Positions 40,534-50,263 of a stretch of 64,000 nt of DNA are shown here, piece after piece. Numbering within the stretch: the stretch's first letter is position 1; the number at the start of each line of letters is the position of its first letter. The position numbers and the translations under genes were made by a program. The notes beneath the pieces are model-generated. The model saw only the letters and a list, made by a program, of their open reading frames with translations, was not told where the DNA came from and made no database searches. The DNA comes from an uncultured Ignavibacteria bacterium (lineage in GTDB: Bacteria; Bacteroidota; Ignavibacteria; Kapaibacteriales; Kapaibacteriaceae). The DNA is taken from NCBI GenBank assembly GCA_903939735.1, contig CAJAIA010000028.1:48978-112977 (forward strand), in the 5' to 3' direction.

Positions 40534-41343
40534 TCAGAGTCCGGCCCGCCACATTACACCGACACGAAGTGCTACGGCGTTCCAATCGGTTGGATCTCTG
40601 GTAATCGGGGTAGCCGCATGAACCATCACATACGGGGTAACGAGCTGTCCGGTATATCCAAACAAACCAGCCATGATATTGACCGCGCATCCGAGTTGGA
40701 AGCCGATGCGGGTGTCCGTCGTAATCGTCGGACTGAACTGGATGCTGGTTTGTGGAAACCCTGGTTCATCGCTGACAGTCATTGTGTCGGCCAATTCTTC
40801 CTGTTGCCATACACTGGCACTCACGGAAACCGGAACGTCCAGTGTTGGTCCTGCCATAATCACTACGCCCTGGGTTCCGACGTACCACGTGGCCATGGCT
40901 GACGCGATAACGGAGAATCTGCTCACAGTTGTCGTGAATGTGGCGTTGTACGAATAGGGTTGTTGGCTAACAGGTTGCGTTGAGGTGCTCTGCAATCTCT
41001 GAACGTCGACGCCGACCATACAGATTGCACCAAAGGAAGATCGATACGGACGATACTCAATCGTCGGAGCGATCATCATGCTGGCTCCCCAACCACCTTC
41101 CGTGCGTGCGTGTGCCGAAGGGAGTTCTGGCACCGGCGACGTGATATACGTAAGGTCCAGCGTCCCGAATGCCTGATGCAGTCCGCCAGCAAGAGAGCCC
41201 CCTACCCACCACTGCTCGCGCATGAGCAGGCCTTCACGGGGCGTCTCGAGATCTTCGGCCGCCGACCCAGGAATGAGCTGCGCATAAACATGGCCTCCGA
41301 GAAGGAGTGCAAGCGCAACGAGGATGATGCGAGCGTTGGTCAT
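40534..41343 (-). CDS. Putative outer-membrane beta-barrel, last gene of the fibre operon (gene I)
   Basis: Signal peptide VYA-Q; amphipathic strands; terminal strand ALRVGVMWR. Confidence 0.6.
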   Translation of the reverse strand: MTNARIILVALALLLGGHVYAQLIPGSAAEDLETPREGLLMREQWWVGGSLAGGLHQAFGTLDLTYITSPVPELPSAHARTEGGWGASMMIAPTIEYRPYRSSFGAICMVGVDVQRLQSTSTQPVSQQPYSYNATFTTTVSRFSVIASAMATWYVGTQGVVIMAGPTLDVPVSVSASVWQQEELADTMTVSDEPGFPQTSIQFSPTITTDTRIGFQLGCAVNIMAGLFGYTGQLVTPYVMVHAATPITRDPTDWNAVALRVGVMWRAGL

Positions 41344-42677
41344 CGCAGAATCTGCCCCTTGAGAATAACCCGAGATTGTTCAAGACCACTCTTCTCATCA
41401 ACTGGGACACCAACAAGGACGATGTTGACCAACCCTTGCGCTGCAATGGAGGATGCATCAAGTCGCGCTCGGTATCGCTGACCGCGCTCGTAGACGACGT
41501 TACGGATTGGATTACCATCGGGATCAACCAGAGTCGCGATCCTACGTCCACCAACATCGTATGCTTCAGCCGTCAGCACAAGACGATCATCAATATTGAA
41601 CTGGACTGTTGTTGTCGATGCGAAGGGATTCTCGAGCAGCACTGCATTGGAAATGATCGGCGTACCGATTCGAATGACAACTGTGTCGATAGCTATGGTG
41701 TCACCACCGTACTCCGGACGGCGCAGACCCATGAGTCGGTAGGCATATTGCTCACGGCGGTACTCAACGGGGTCGAGATATCCATCGCGCGTCTGTGGCG
41801 CAAGACACTGACACGACAGCAATGATGCATCTTGCGCATAGGAGAGTAAGGGGCGCGCAGCGAACGCATAGACAGTTGGATCGCGACGGTCGACGAGTGC
41901 CCGCTCGAACCAGTAACCATAATAACAATGCTCGTCGGTGACGTCGAAACCGAGCCGCACTTGAAGGTTGCCAGCATATTCTCCACGAAGCGTGAATTGC
42001 GCAGTACAGGAATCGCGAGGTGGATCGGATGTCGTGAACACCACGTACGATCCCATAGGCACGTTGTCGTGACGCAGATACCATACGTGCGATCCAATCG
42101 CTGTTGTCGTAACGCTATCCGACGAACGCTTGTACGAGAGTGCGAGCAGCCGCGTGTCGGTCGCGTAAGCGAGCGTATCAGATATCTGTGAGCCATCGCG
42201 CGTCGCAAGTCGAAACCTTCCGATACACAACGAGTCTCCTATGGACATCAAACGGATGCATTGATCTACGGAATCTGGGCATATCATCATCACCGACGCA
42301 TAGCCATCAATGATGTCTGTTTGTATGTGATACGCGGTGCGACCGCTTTGTTGGTACGGACCCAACGGAGCGAGCTGCGATGTTCCCGGCTCGTAGGTAA
42401 ATGTGTGTCGGCTTGAATCGAGCCCGTTTGCATTCTGCATTGTAGGCACGCCGATACGAAGAGTGGCTGTCGCAACATGCTGCCACGCAGACGATCGCTT
42501 CATTATCCAGAACTCTACGAGTGCGGATTCCGGACGCGGATCAAGGACAGTTCGCAGAACAACACTGGCAAGCGTGTCTTGCTGTGCATGTGCCGACGAC
42601 AGCACAGCCATCACAAGCGCAATGATGCAAACGACATGCTTCGCAAAGTGTTTACCGAGGTATCGCACTGTTGTCAC
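41340..42677 (-). CDS. Secreted protein: cohesin-like N-domain, Ig/FN3-like domain, T9SS-like C-terminal domain (gene H)
   Basis: Signal AHA-Q; V.L.F....E....GY..ER Ig motif; C-terminal NPF..TT.VQF......AYDVGGRRIATLV. The cohesin assignment is tentative. Confidence 0.55.
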   Translation of the reverse strand: MTTVRYLGKHFAKHVVCIIALVMAVLSSAHAQQDTLASVVLRTVLDPRPESALVEFWIMKRSSAWQHVATATLRIGVPTMQNANGLDSSRHTFTYEPGTSQLAPLGPYQQSGRTAYHIQTDIIDGYASVMMICPDSVDQCIRLMSIGDSLCIGRFRLATRDGSQISDTLAYATDTRLLALSYKRSSDSVTTTAIGSHVWYLRHDNVPMGSYVVFTTSDPPRDSCTAQFTLRGEYAGNLQVRLGFDVTDEHCYYGYWFERALVDRRDPTVYAFAARPLLSYAQDASLLSCQCLAPQTRDGYLDPVEYRREQYAYRLMGLRRPEYGGDTIAIDTVVIRIGTPIISNAVLLENPFASTTTVQFNIDDRLVLTAEAYDVGGRRIATLVDPDGNPIRNVVYERGQRYRARLDASSIAAQGLVNIVLVGVPVDEKSGLEQSRVILKGQILR

Positions 42678-44769
42678 GCCCCCGGTTGTTCCATGATGTA
42701 TCCCAGTCGAGCGTTGTCACTACTCCATCAAGATTTGTATCGAAGATGGAGTAACGCTGCACGACCCCACGACTTGTCCAAATACCAAGCATGTCATCGT
42801 TGGTGATCACTTCGGCGCGTCCGAGAACTGCAAGCCCTCCGTCCGTATTACCCGCCGTCATTCCGAAGTAACGACGATTACCATACGCCGATATCAACCG
42901 CTGCGTTGATGCTCCTCCGAAGAGTCCGCTACCATTCGTGAAGTCGATGTACGCTTGTGCGTTTGAGCGATCAACGAGCACAGGATCGGCTGTCGCAATC
43001 GAGAGGTGATTGCGGTGACGCACCACCAAATGATAGAGACCCGGCTGGATACTATCGATTGTCTTTTCCCGCAAGGTGCGCGGATCAAGCAGTGCACCCT
43101 GAGCGCTGAGGATCAATGTCTCGATATGCTCTGGCACTCCCGACGAGGTGAGATCTCGACGGAACTCAAGTGTCACCCAGTCGACGAGTGAATCGGCAAG
43201 CACAGCTACCGTATCACCTTTCGGCTCGAGATCAGCGAGGTATGGATAGATCCGCGGTGGAGTTTGCGGTAGCAAGCCACGCTGCACAAGTTCTGTTGAC
43301 ATCAAGGGCACTGCTGCATCCCCGATCGAACGCACTGCCCCCTCCAAGATGACACGTCCACGTAGCGCCCATACCGGACTCGCAGACATCCCAAACGCAT
43401 ATGATCCACCAGCACGAATGAACTGCGTCGAGCTGTATCTCCAGAGTGGCGATGACTCTATGCTGGAAAGCGTCGGCAGTTGAGAGAACCCATACTGTTG
43501 ATACAACGATCCGTCATACCGCAACAGCACGAGTTGTGATTCCTTTCCAATCAACTGCTGCGTGGTCTCAGGAGCCTTGGCACCCTCGATTGTCGGATCG
43601 TAGTTAATGCGCCATCCCCACCCCATCGTCATATCGAACGAGCTATCAGGGACGTTGCGACTGGCACTATCGAGGAACGACAACTCTAGCGATCGATCAA
43701 CTTTATAGAGGATGTCGCTGATCGGCAGCGGACGTGTTAATGGTTTACTGCGAATGCGAATCTGCTGCACGGCACCTTGTTGTTGCGGCGACGAAAACTG
43801 CACCCATGCATAGGCGTGATTCATGAGCATGCGCGGACCGTTGAGGAGTGCGGTGCGTTGCATCGTACCATCAACCTCTGCCCACGTGTTGACGAACGTG
43901 GGATCCCGTGGAGTATTCAGATAGACAGCATGTCTCAGAGTATCAAGCTCTTCGGTATAGAGCGTACCAGCCAGTGAGAGATGTCCGTTCACCCATGCAT
44001 CTCGCGACAGCGTTACACCTGCAAGAACATCCTGACGCACCGAGTCTAGCGTCGCGCGCGCCAAGGGCACCTCTGGTCCGGCAAGAATGGCTGAATCGCC
44101 ATACCACCGAAGATTTATCAATCCGCGAGCCCGGACGTCTGCCTGCAACGAGGCCTCTGCTCTGCGCCAGAGCCATGCAGCCGAATCAAGATTGATGTTG
44201 TCGGTTGCGGTGTTCTCCACACGTCCGCGCTGGAGATCCAGTCGATGTGTAACGCGCAACGCACTCAAATCGTACAGACGCACCGCATCCGCATTGGCGA
44301 TTTCGAGCACAGGCGTGCTTCCATTACCCGTTGCGGGCTGACGGACAACACCTGCAAGACGAAGTGTTCCCTGCCAGCTCAACGGATTGATATGCCCCCG
44401 GTGATTGACACTGTCAAGCGCTTCGATGAACGTCGCAGGTGTAAGATCAACCGTCACGAGTGAATCCGTTGTCAGGAACATCTGCGTCGTTCGAACGGGC
44501 CGCAGTCCATCAATGAGCATCTTTCGTGATTGTCCGCTCAGCAAGAGATGCTGATACGTGGTGTGCGCCACGAACTGACTATCAGCACGGTCCCTTCGAT
44601 ACTCAACCTGTCCGCCGATGGCTGCTTGATCGATACGAGCATTACCATGGACGGTGATAACACCTTCATTGGTGATCGTTCCCTCGCTTCGCAGATGCTG
44701 AACTGGCTGCGCGTGCATCTTTGCAACCGCGCACATCATGAGCAGCAGGAGGATGACGTTACTCCTCAT
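42652..44769 (-). CDS. Secreted beta-solenoid-like protein with C-terminal dockerin-like domain (gene G)
   Basis: Signal MHA-Q; Y..L.L.G...K repeats; tail ILEGA...DWVTLEFR...YHLVVRHRNHL...AGN.DG...DTNLDGVV..LD. Confidence 0.6.
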   Translation of the reverse strand: MRSNVILLLLMMCAVAKMHAQPVQHLRSEGTITNEGVITVHGNARIDQAAIGGQVEYRRDRADSQFVAHTTYQHLLLSGQSRKMLIDGLRPVRTTQMFLTTDSLVTVDLTPATFIEALDSVNHRGHINPLSWQGTLRLAGVVRQPATGNGSTPVLEIANADAVRLYDLSALRVTHRLDLQRGRVENTATDNINLDSAAWLWRRAEASLQADVRARGLINLRWYGDSAILAGPEVPLARATLDSVRQDVLAGVTLSRDAWVNGHLSLAGTLYTEELDTLRHAVYLNTPRDPTFVNTWAEVDGTMQRTALLNGPRMLMNHAYAWVQFSSPQQQGAVQQIRIRSKPLTRPLPISDILYKVDRSLELSFLDSASRNVPDSSFDMTMGWGWRINYDPTIEGAKAPETTQQLIGKESQLVLLRYDGSLYQQYGFSQLPTLSSIESSPLWRYSSTQFIRAGGSYAFGMSASPVWALRGRVILEGAVRSIGDAAVPLMSTELVQRGLLPQTPPRIYPYLADLEPKGDTVAVLADSLVDWVTLEFRRDLTSSGVPEHIETLILSAQGALLDPRTLREKTIDSIQPGLYHLVVRHRNHLSIATADPVLVDRSNAQAYIDFTNGSGLFGGASTQRLISAYGNRRYFGMTAGNTDGGLAVLGRAEVITNDDMLGIWTSRGVVQRYSIFDTNLDGVVTTLDWDTSWNNRGRDNSAIPR

Positions 44770-46832
44770 GGCAACCCCACGACAAGTCTGCCACCATTAA
44801 ATGCTGTGGCTTGCGGTGCGATCGTCAACAATGGTGTCATAAACGATGCTCCTCGATACACGAGCAGTCCAACATCAAGATTCAGTGCCGAAGTGTCTTG
44901 GATTGCCAGTGAAGATGGCGCTGTGCCGGATCGCAGCACAGTGACATACGACGAACGTTCTGGCACGAGAGCGAATTGCGCGAACGAACCCGTGCTCCCA
45001 ATGAGTAAGCTCGTTTGTGGACGTGGACCGAGTAGAAGCAACAGTGCGAGACTATCAGGGTATGCTTCGTTCACAGCATACCGATCGTTGTCGCGCACGA
45101 ATCCAGTGTGCACTGTGAATCCATCGATGATAACACGATCTACAGGTTCCGGCTCGCGTGCCTCATCCCACGTAAACGGGTTACTCCACCGTCCACTTGC
45201 AATCGCACGCAGAGTGTCGCGCGTAGCACGTAGCAGAAGATCATTGCCATTGTCTAATCGCTGATTATCCGGTCCAGTATCCGCGACGCCGGACACTTGC
45301 ACGAAACCGAAGAGTGAGCCACCCCCTGCGGGACGTCGTATATAGGTGGGAGGAGCTGACGGTGCGAGTTTGAATGCGCGAGGAAGTGGTGGACCATAGG
45401 CGTTGTAAAGCTTCATTAATCGCTCAGACGCATCAGGACCCCACGTGGCTGGAATATCGCTCGACTTATACCCCGCACTCACCGTTGCGCGCAACACACC
45501 CTGGTATGACACGGTGATTTTTCGCTCAACGTCAGTGAGCGGGTTGTAGGCGTTCGGCGGCGTTCTTGGTCGCACATCCATCGTTAGTTCCGCTGGACGC
45601 TGCTCGAACTTCATAGAGGTGTTCGTGTTGTTATACACGTATGTCGTAGACGTATCACCGCCCGCAAGCACACGCCGGAGCGCTCCGATTACTTCCGCAT
45701 CATTCCGATATGTCGCGGCACCAAGTGTCATAGATAGCGTATGTGGCACCATCACCACATCCGAGTCATGCACTGTGAGCGATCGCTCCATCCAGATGTC
45801 CCCGCGTGCAGTCTTGCGCGACGCGCTCGTCTTCATGTTCCCATATGCCGAGGCTGCCACCGTTGCTTGCAACTGTTGTGGTCGTACTGCATCGAATGCA
45901 ATGAGTGACGAGGGATGAAACTGCATGTTCGTGAGTGGCGCGTGGGTGTTGACGAAATCACCGCGCACAATCACCTGCGCCTGTTCACCCACGGTGAGTC
46001 GTGCCAAGGGTGACGACTGAATGCGTAGGGTCGCCGGCTGCTCAAGGATGAGGCTGTCGCTGCGATCACTCACAGTGAGTAGACCGTTCCGCACATCGAT
46101 GTCTGCGCCGATACGCGATACACCGCTCCCGCTTACCAACAGTCCTGCAGAGTCGATGCGAAGCACTGCTGACGTCTGAGCGCGTGTTCCCCAATACATC
46201 GAGCCATTGATATCGACACTACTGGACGCATCATTGATGAAGGCACTATCCATACGCACTTCATCGAGGTTGCTCACGTGCTTGGTCGAGAAGAGCAGTG
46301 TGAGATTGTTATAGCGATTCCCAACCGACGTGAGTCCGTTCTCCTGCGTAATGCGTTGTGGCGCAACACCATCGTAGAAGAACGTACCGACATAGCGTCG
46401 TGGACCTGAACTGCCGAGCTCATAGGTATTGCCCACGAGCACCGAATCAGGAATGCGCTTTACCGACGAGCTGTCAAGTGCAAGATCGGCATAGTATCGT
46501 GCTTGCAGACGCTGATCCACATTGCCATTACGAGCATACCGTACAAGACCCGGCACACGCCACGCGCGCGTTGCACCAAACGCCGTAGCACCGCGTGGAT
46601 TACCGGTGAGGTCTGTAAACACATTCGTCGTGCCGAGGAACTCGATCGTTCCGTTTGTGAGCGCTGCGTATGGCGCAGCATTACGCAGTGCGCCTGTGTC
46701 ACTCAAGAACCGAATCACACCAGTGTTGCGCACCACACCATTGACGTTGTTCTCCAGATGCTGTGCATGGACCGCTGACATCGCAGCCAGAAGCACAACT
46801 ATACGCGTCATATGGTGCAGTGTCGAGATCAC
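44766..46832 (-). CDS. Secreted beta-solenoid-like protein with G8-like segment, paralog of gene G (gene F)
   Basis: Signal VHA-Q; three Q.....Y..L.L....K repeats; AEVIGALRR matching AEVDGTMQR of G; SGRWSNPFTW...P...D.V.I segment. Confidence 0.6.
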   Translation of the reverse strand: MISTLHHMTRIVVLLAAMSAVHAQHLENNVNGVVRNTGVIRFLSDTGALRNAAPYAALTNGTIEFLGTTNVFTDLTGNPRGATAFGATRAWRVPGLVRYARNGNVDQRLQARYYADLALDSSSVKRIPDSVLVGNTYELGSSGPRRYVGTFFYDGVAPQRITQENGLTSVGNRYNNLTLLFSTKHVSNLDEVRMDSAFINDASSSVDINGSMYWGTRAQTSAVLRIDSAGLLVSGSGVSRIGADIDVRNGLLTVSDRSDSLILEQPATLRIQSSPLARLTVGEQAQVIVRGDFVNTHAPLTNMQFHPSSLIAFDAVRPQQLQATVAASAYGNMKTSASRKTARGDIWMERSLTVHDSDVVMVPHTLSMTLGAATYRNDAEVIGALRRVLAGGDTSTTYVYNNTNTSMKFEQRPAELTMDVRPRTPPNAYNPLTDVERKITVSYQGVLRATVSAGYKSSDIPATWGPDASERLMKLYNAYGPPLPRAFKLAPSAPPTYIRRPAGGGSLFGFVQVSGVADTGPDNQRLDNGNDLLLRATRDTLRAIASGRWSNPFTWDEAREPEPVDRVIIDGFTVHTGFVRDNDRYAVNEAYPDSLALLLLLGPRPQTSLLIGSTGSFAQFALVPERSSYVTVLRSGTAPSSLAIQDTSALNLDVGLLVYRGASFMTPLLTIAPQATAFNGGRLVVGLP

Positions 46833-47221
46833 GGACGTCCAATAATGATCTCGCCTTCGTTATTCAACTCACCGTCGTTGCGTATCACCCCATACACGTG
46901 CAGCACGCCTGGAGCATATCGCCAACAGATGCCGAAGCGATCAATAACAAGATTGCGCTCGATAACTACTTCGGACAGACGCTCCATGTACAGACCACCA
47001 AGCAAGACGCGCATCGTACCTGTGCAACGTAGCGTCGCTGTATCATACAACCGGATGTCGCCATCACTGCTTACGACGTCGCCGTCGATAACCATCGAAG
47101 CGCCTTCCTTGACATGAATCATTGCACCTGAGTTCGTAACAAGCTGAGCACTGGACGTCGAGGAGCCGAGGAGGGAACACAGCACCACAAAGAGTATCGA
47201 TATGAGTATGCGGTAGCGCAT
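46829..47221 (-). CDS. Small secreted beta-helix-like protein (gene E)
   Basis: Signal SSA-Q; QLVTNSGAMIHVKEGASMVIDG; ends NDGELNNEGEIIIGRP; TGATG coupling. Confidence 0.6.
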   Translation of the reverse strand: MRYRILISILFVVLCSLLGSSTSSAQLVTNSGAMIHVKEGASMVIDGDVVSSDGDIRLYDTATLRCTGTMRVLLGGLYMERLSEVVIERNLVIDRFGICWRYAPGVLHVYGVIRNDGELNNEGEIIIGRP

Positions 47222-49440
47222 CACCCACCCTTTGAAGCAGCACCCTGCCATTGCGTGCCGTCCCAGACGAGGATGATTGCTTGACCTGCTTGTAGCGTAG
47301 CGTCTGTGGCAAGCACATTGACGTTAGCTCCAGTAAGCGTGATATTCTTTGCTGAGGCAGGGATGTTCTGCACAATCACTACTTGACCAGGCGTCACACC
47401 ATCTTCCAGTGCGACGTTCTGATTGTTTGCAGAGCTATTGTTAATCCGCAGATATGCAGATGTTGACGACGCGAGTGTAGCACCTGCACCTGTCACTGTT
47501 TGATCAGTTGGAGGGAAGCTCACAACGTTTGAAGGCGATATGGAAGACACGTACCAACGTGAGTCAACGCCGGAATACGTGAACTGTGCTGACGATCTAA
47601 ATGCTATCGCTACCTTATCGTTGTCTGGCGTAATGATGCGATTGGCAGCAACGCTTGCTGTTGACTGTGGTTCGACAACAATCGGGTATCCAGATGCATT
47701 GATGATGGTAAATGTCTTACCAGCAACACCACCTTCAAAGCCTGTAATTGTTCTTGTTGCCGTTTGTGTTCCCACACGAACAAGCGCGAATCGATTGTCA
47801 TTGCCATCGAAATCAACATCGTTGTTGTTACCGGCAACAAGCGTTCCAGTGTAGCTGTACTCGGTGTACGCGAGGTCACCGTCCAGATCAAGCGTAGCAT
47901 CAGGCGTATCGTCACCAACCCCTACGCGTCCACCTGTGAAGATGGCGGCGTAGTTACTAGTTCCACCAGATACCGCGACAGAAAGTCCAATGTTTGTGCC
48001 CGTCCACGAACCTGTTGAAGAGATAAGCAACCCACGCTTCGTCAGCGTCGACGTCGACGTCGATGTGTTAATCAGCGACATCGTAGTGTCGTTGGCCGTC
48101 TGTGCTCCCGACTCAGACAAGGCAAGGAGTTCACTTGAACGGGATGTCGTGACAAGATTCAATGTGCGAAGTGTGGTGTCCCACGCTACGTCAGCTGACG
48201 ACGTGAGCTCGGTTGAAGACTTGAAGAATGCAACTTGCGTAGGTGTACCACTAAACGTTGCAGACACGGTAAGCCAATCAAGCGTTGCTTCCGATCCCGA
48301 GATCGAGGCGATACGCGGCACCTGCCCAACGGCTCCGAGTGTAGATGGCAACACATACGACGTGTTTGTCGTCATCGCCCCCGCGCGGAGGGATACTGTG
48401 TTGTCGGCAGGGTACGATGTTGATGCACTCGGTTCCATAAAGGTCAGCCGAGACGAACTATTCGTTGAGTTCGTAAGCACCAGGTCTGCATTGTGGACAA
48501 CGGCAGCGTTCGCATCGTCCACCTGATAGAGCGAATTCGTACCACTCCAAACCAGTGAGTTCGAACTTCGCACAGTTACACCACCGCCGCCGAGTATGAT
48601 ACTGTTTGACGAGGGGAACCCCGCCAGTCCGATTCGATTGTCATTGCCCGATAGGATCGTACTCGATACGCTCGCAACGATTGCATTAGAACTACCGTTA
48701 ATGATCACCGACGTATCGCTGGATCCATCGATACTGTTACTATCACCGGTCACAATCGCCGAAAGCACTCCATCGGCGAGATTGTAGTTCCCGCTCACAA
48801 CCAATGAATAATCATTTGTCGCACGATTTCGGTATCCCGAGACGACAAGCGAGTACACGTCAGACGTGAGATTGTTGCGTCCTCCAAGAATTGTTGCGTG
48901 TCGTGCCGTCGCACGATTCGAGTCTCCACCGATAGCGAGCGACAACTGGCCGGAAGATGTATTGCTCCGTCCAGAGAGGATTGCCGCGTATTGACCGGAG
49001 GCCGTTTGTGATGCAAGTTCACGACTCGCTTGCCCGTCGAACGCGCCAAGACCTGGCGATCCCTGTGGACCTGACATAAACGCCGTTCGACGACGAATGT
49101 TAAACGATCCTTGTTGCTGTTCTTCGAAGATGATAGGAACATCTATCGACGGAGCAACAGTCCACTTGAGATACGCCGTCGTGCCGAGCAAGCTCTCGAC
49201 TTGAAGCACTGCATTAATCGCTGGCGCTGGTGCCGAAGGAAGTAAGAGCGTGTAATCCTGCGTCTGCGACGTAGAGTCCTGCGGTGCAATCAGGATCGTA
49301 TTCTTTCGCGTGCCCGCGGCTGAACCACCATCGTTCAGGATGAGCGTACGTCCACGGAGATCCCCACTCTGCTGTGCGAATACAGGTTGATGTATTGCAA
49401 TCACAAGCAGCAGAACGAGTATGCGCATCGTATTGTTCAT
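47221..49440 (-). CDS. Secreted tail-fibre/adhesin-like protein with ~15-residue GxxN repeats (gene D)
   Basis: Signal VFA-Q; about 8 repeats like SLVVSGYRNRATNDY; YVLPSTLGAVGQV..LDW shaft modules; GRVGVG..TP.ATLD; two distal beta-sandwich-like domains ending W. Confidence 0.65.
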   Translation of the reverse strand: MNNTMRILVLLLVIAIHQPVFAQQSGDLRGRTLILNDGGSAAGTRKNTILIAPQDSTSQTQDYTLLLPSAPAPAINAVLQVESLLGTTAYLKWTVAPSIDVPIIFEEQQQGSFNIRRRTAFMSGPQGSPGLGAFDGQASRELASQTASGQYAAILSGRSNTSSGQLSLAIGGDSNRATARHATILGGRNNLTSDVYSLVVSGYRNRATNDYSLVVSGNYNLADGVLSAIVTGDSNSIDGSSDTSVIINGSSNAIVASVSSTILSGNDNRIGLAGFPSSNSIILGGGGVTVRSSNSLVWSGTNSLYQVDDANAAVVHNADLVLTNSTNSSSRLTFMEPSASTSYPADNTVSLRAGAMTTNTSYVLPSTLGAVGQVPRIASISGSEATLDWLTVSATFSGTPTQVAFFKSSTELTSSADVAWDTTLRTLNLVTTSRSSELLALSESGAQTANDTTMSLINTSTSTSTLTKRGLLISSTGSWTGTNIGLSVAVSGGTSNYAAIFTGGRVGVGDDTPDATLDLDGDLAYTEYSYTGTLVAGNNNDVDFDGNDNRFALVRVGTQTATRTITGFEGGVAGKTFTIINASGYPIVVEPQSTASVAANRIITPDNDKVAIAFRSSAQFTYSGVDSRWYVSSISPSNVVSFPPTDQTVTGAGATLASSTSAYLRINNSSANNQNVALEDGVTPGQVVIVQNIPASAKNITLTGANVNVLATDATLQAGQAIILVWDGTQWQGAASKGG

Positions 49441-50198
49441 CAGTTCGTCATCCTTGATGCTTTGACATACGATCCTTGGAGTATCCGTATGGTGCCGCTT
49501 GACGTGACACCACCCCGCAGTTGAAGTGTCGACGTCGACGCACTCACAACGACGATTCCCTTGACGAGCAGCGCATTATCACGCGTTGCATCTGACGATT
49601 GCACTGGAAGGTCGATCACCGTGCCCGTGGTTGTCGTTACCCAATTCGGCGATAGACCTATTCCATCTGCGCCAACAACCGTCCACCGCAAGAGTGTTGG
49701 TGCTGGAGTAACGGCCACGGAGAGCTTAAGACTCGCATCAGTCGATGTACCATCGTACGCGATAAGTGCTTCGAACTCATACACCTTTGCTGCAACGAGT
49801 CCCGCGGCGCCCAAAAGTGTGAGATCAGTCATCGTGGTTGATGTAAGTGACTGATCGGCTGTCGTATAGGAGAACAGTGCTGCCGCAGCTGCCGCCTCTG
49901 GAGTCCACTCGAGCGTAGCCGATGTAGCTGTCGGCGCAGGCGAAGTGGCAATGCGCAACACCGCACCTGGAATGATAGGGATCGTCGACGGGAGTGTATA
50001 GGTGCGTGTCGCTGCGAGTCCAAGCGGTGCGAGGAATTCGACCGCATTTGCATTGTCGCTCATCAGGCGCAACAACCTTGTACGCACAGGGAGCTGCCCA
50101 CGCATGTCAGTAGCACCGACAAGCGCAAGGCACAGCACGGCCACGCATGCACTCAGCACGCGGCCTAGCGATCGAATATGGGAGGCACAACGTCGCAC
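49440..50198 (-). CDS. Secreted fibre-like protein with C1q/TNF/BclA-like head (gene C)
   Basis: Mature start QLPVRTR; TYTLP..G.VL...LEW module; head ADQSLTSTT.TDLT...YEFEA...TLQLR...GSY. Confidence 0.55.
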   Translation of the reverse strand: MRRCASHIRSLGRVLSACVAVLCLALVGATDMRGQLPVRTRLLRLMSDNANAVEFLAPLGLAATRTYTLPSTIPIIPGAVLRIATSPAPTATSATLEWTPEAAAAAALFSYTTADQSLTSTTMTDLTLLGAAGLVAAKVYEFEALIAYDGTSTDASLKLSVAVTPAPTLLRWTVVGADGIGLSPNWVTTTTGTVIDLPVQSSDATRDNALLVKGIVVVSASTSTLQLRGGVTSSGTIRILQGSYVKASRMTN

Positions 50199-50202
50199 GG
50201 TA

Positions 50203-50236
50203 TTACGCGCTGCCGTGTGAACACATGCAGCGGTAA
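50203..50236 (-). promoter_or_regulatory. Intra-operonic hairpin between genes B and C
   Basis: ttac/gtaa, cgctgc/gcagcg and gtg/cac stems; no poly-U; ends 4 nt before the GTG of gene C. Confidence 0.45.
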
Positions 50237-50263
50237 GCCTCTAGCAACTGAGATGTAAATCCG

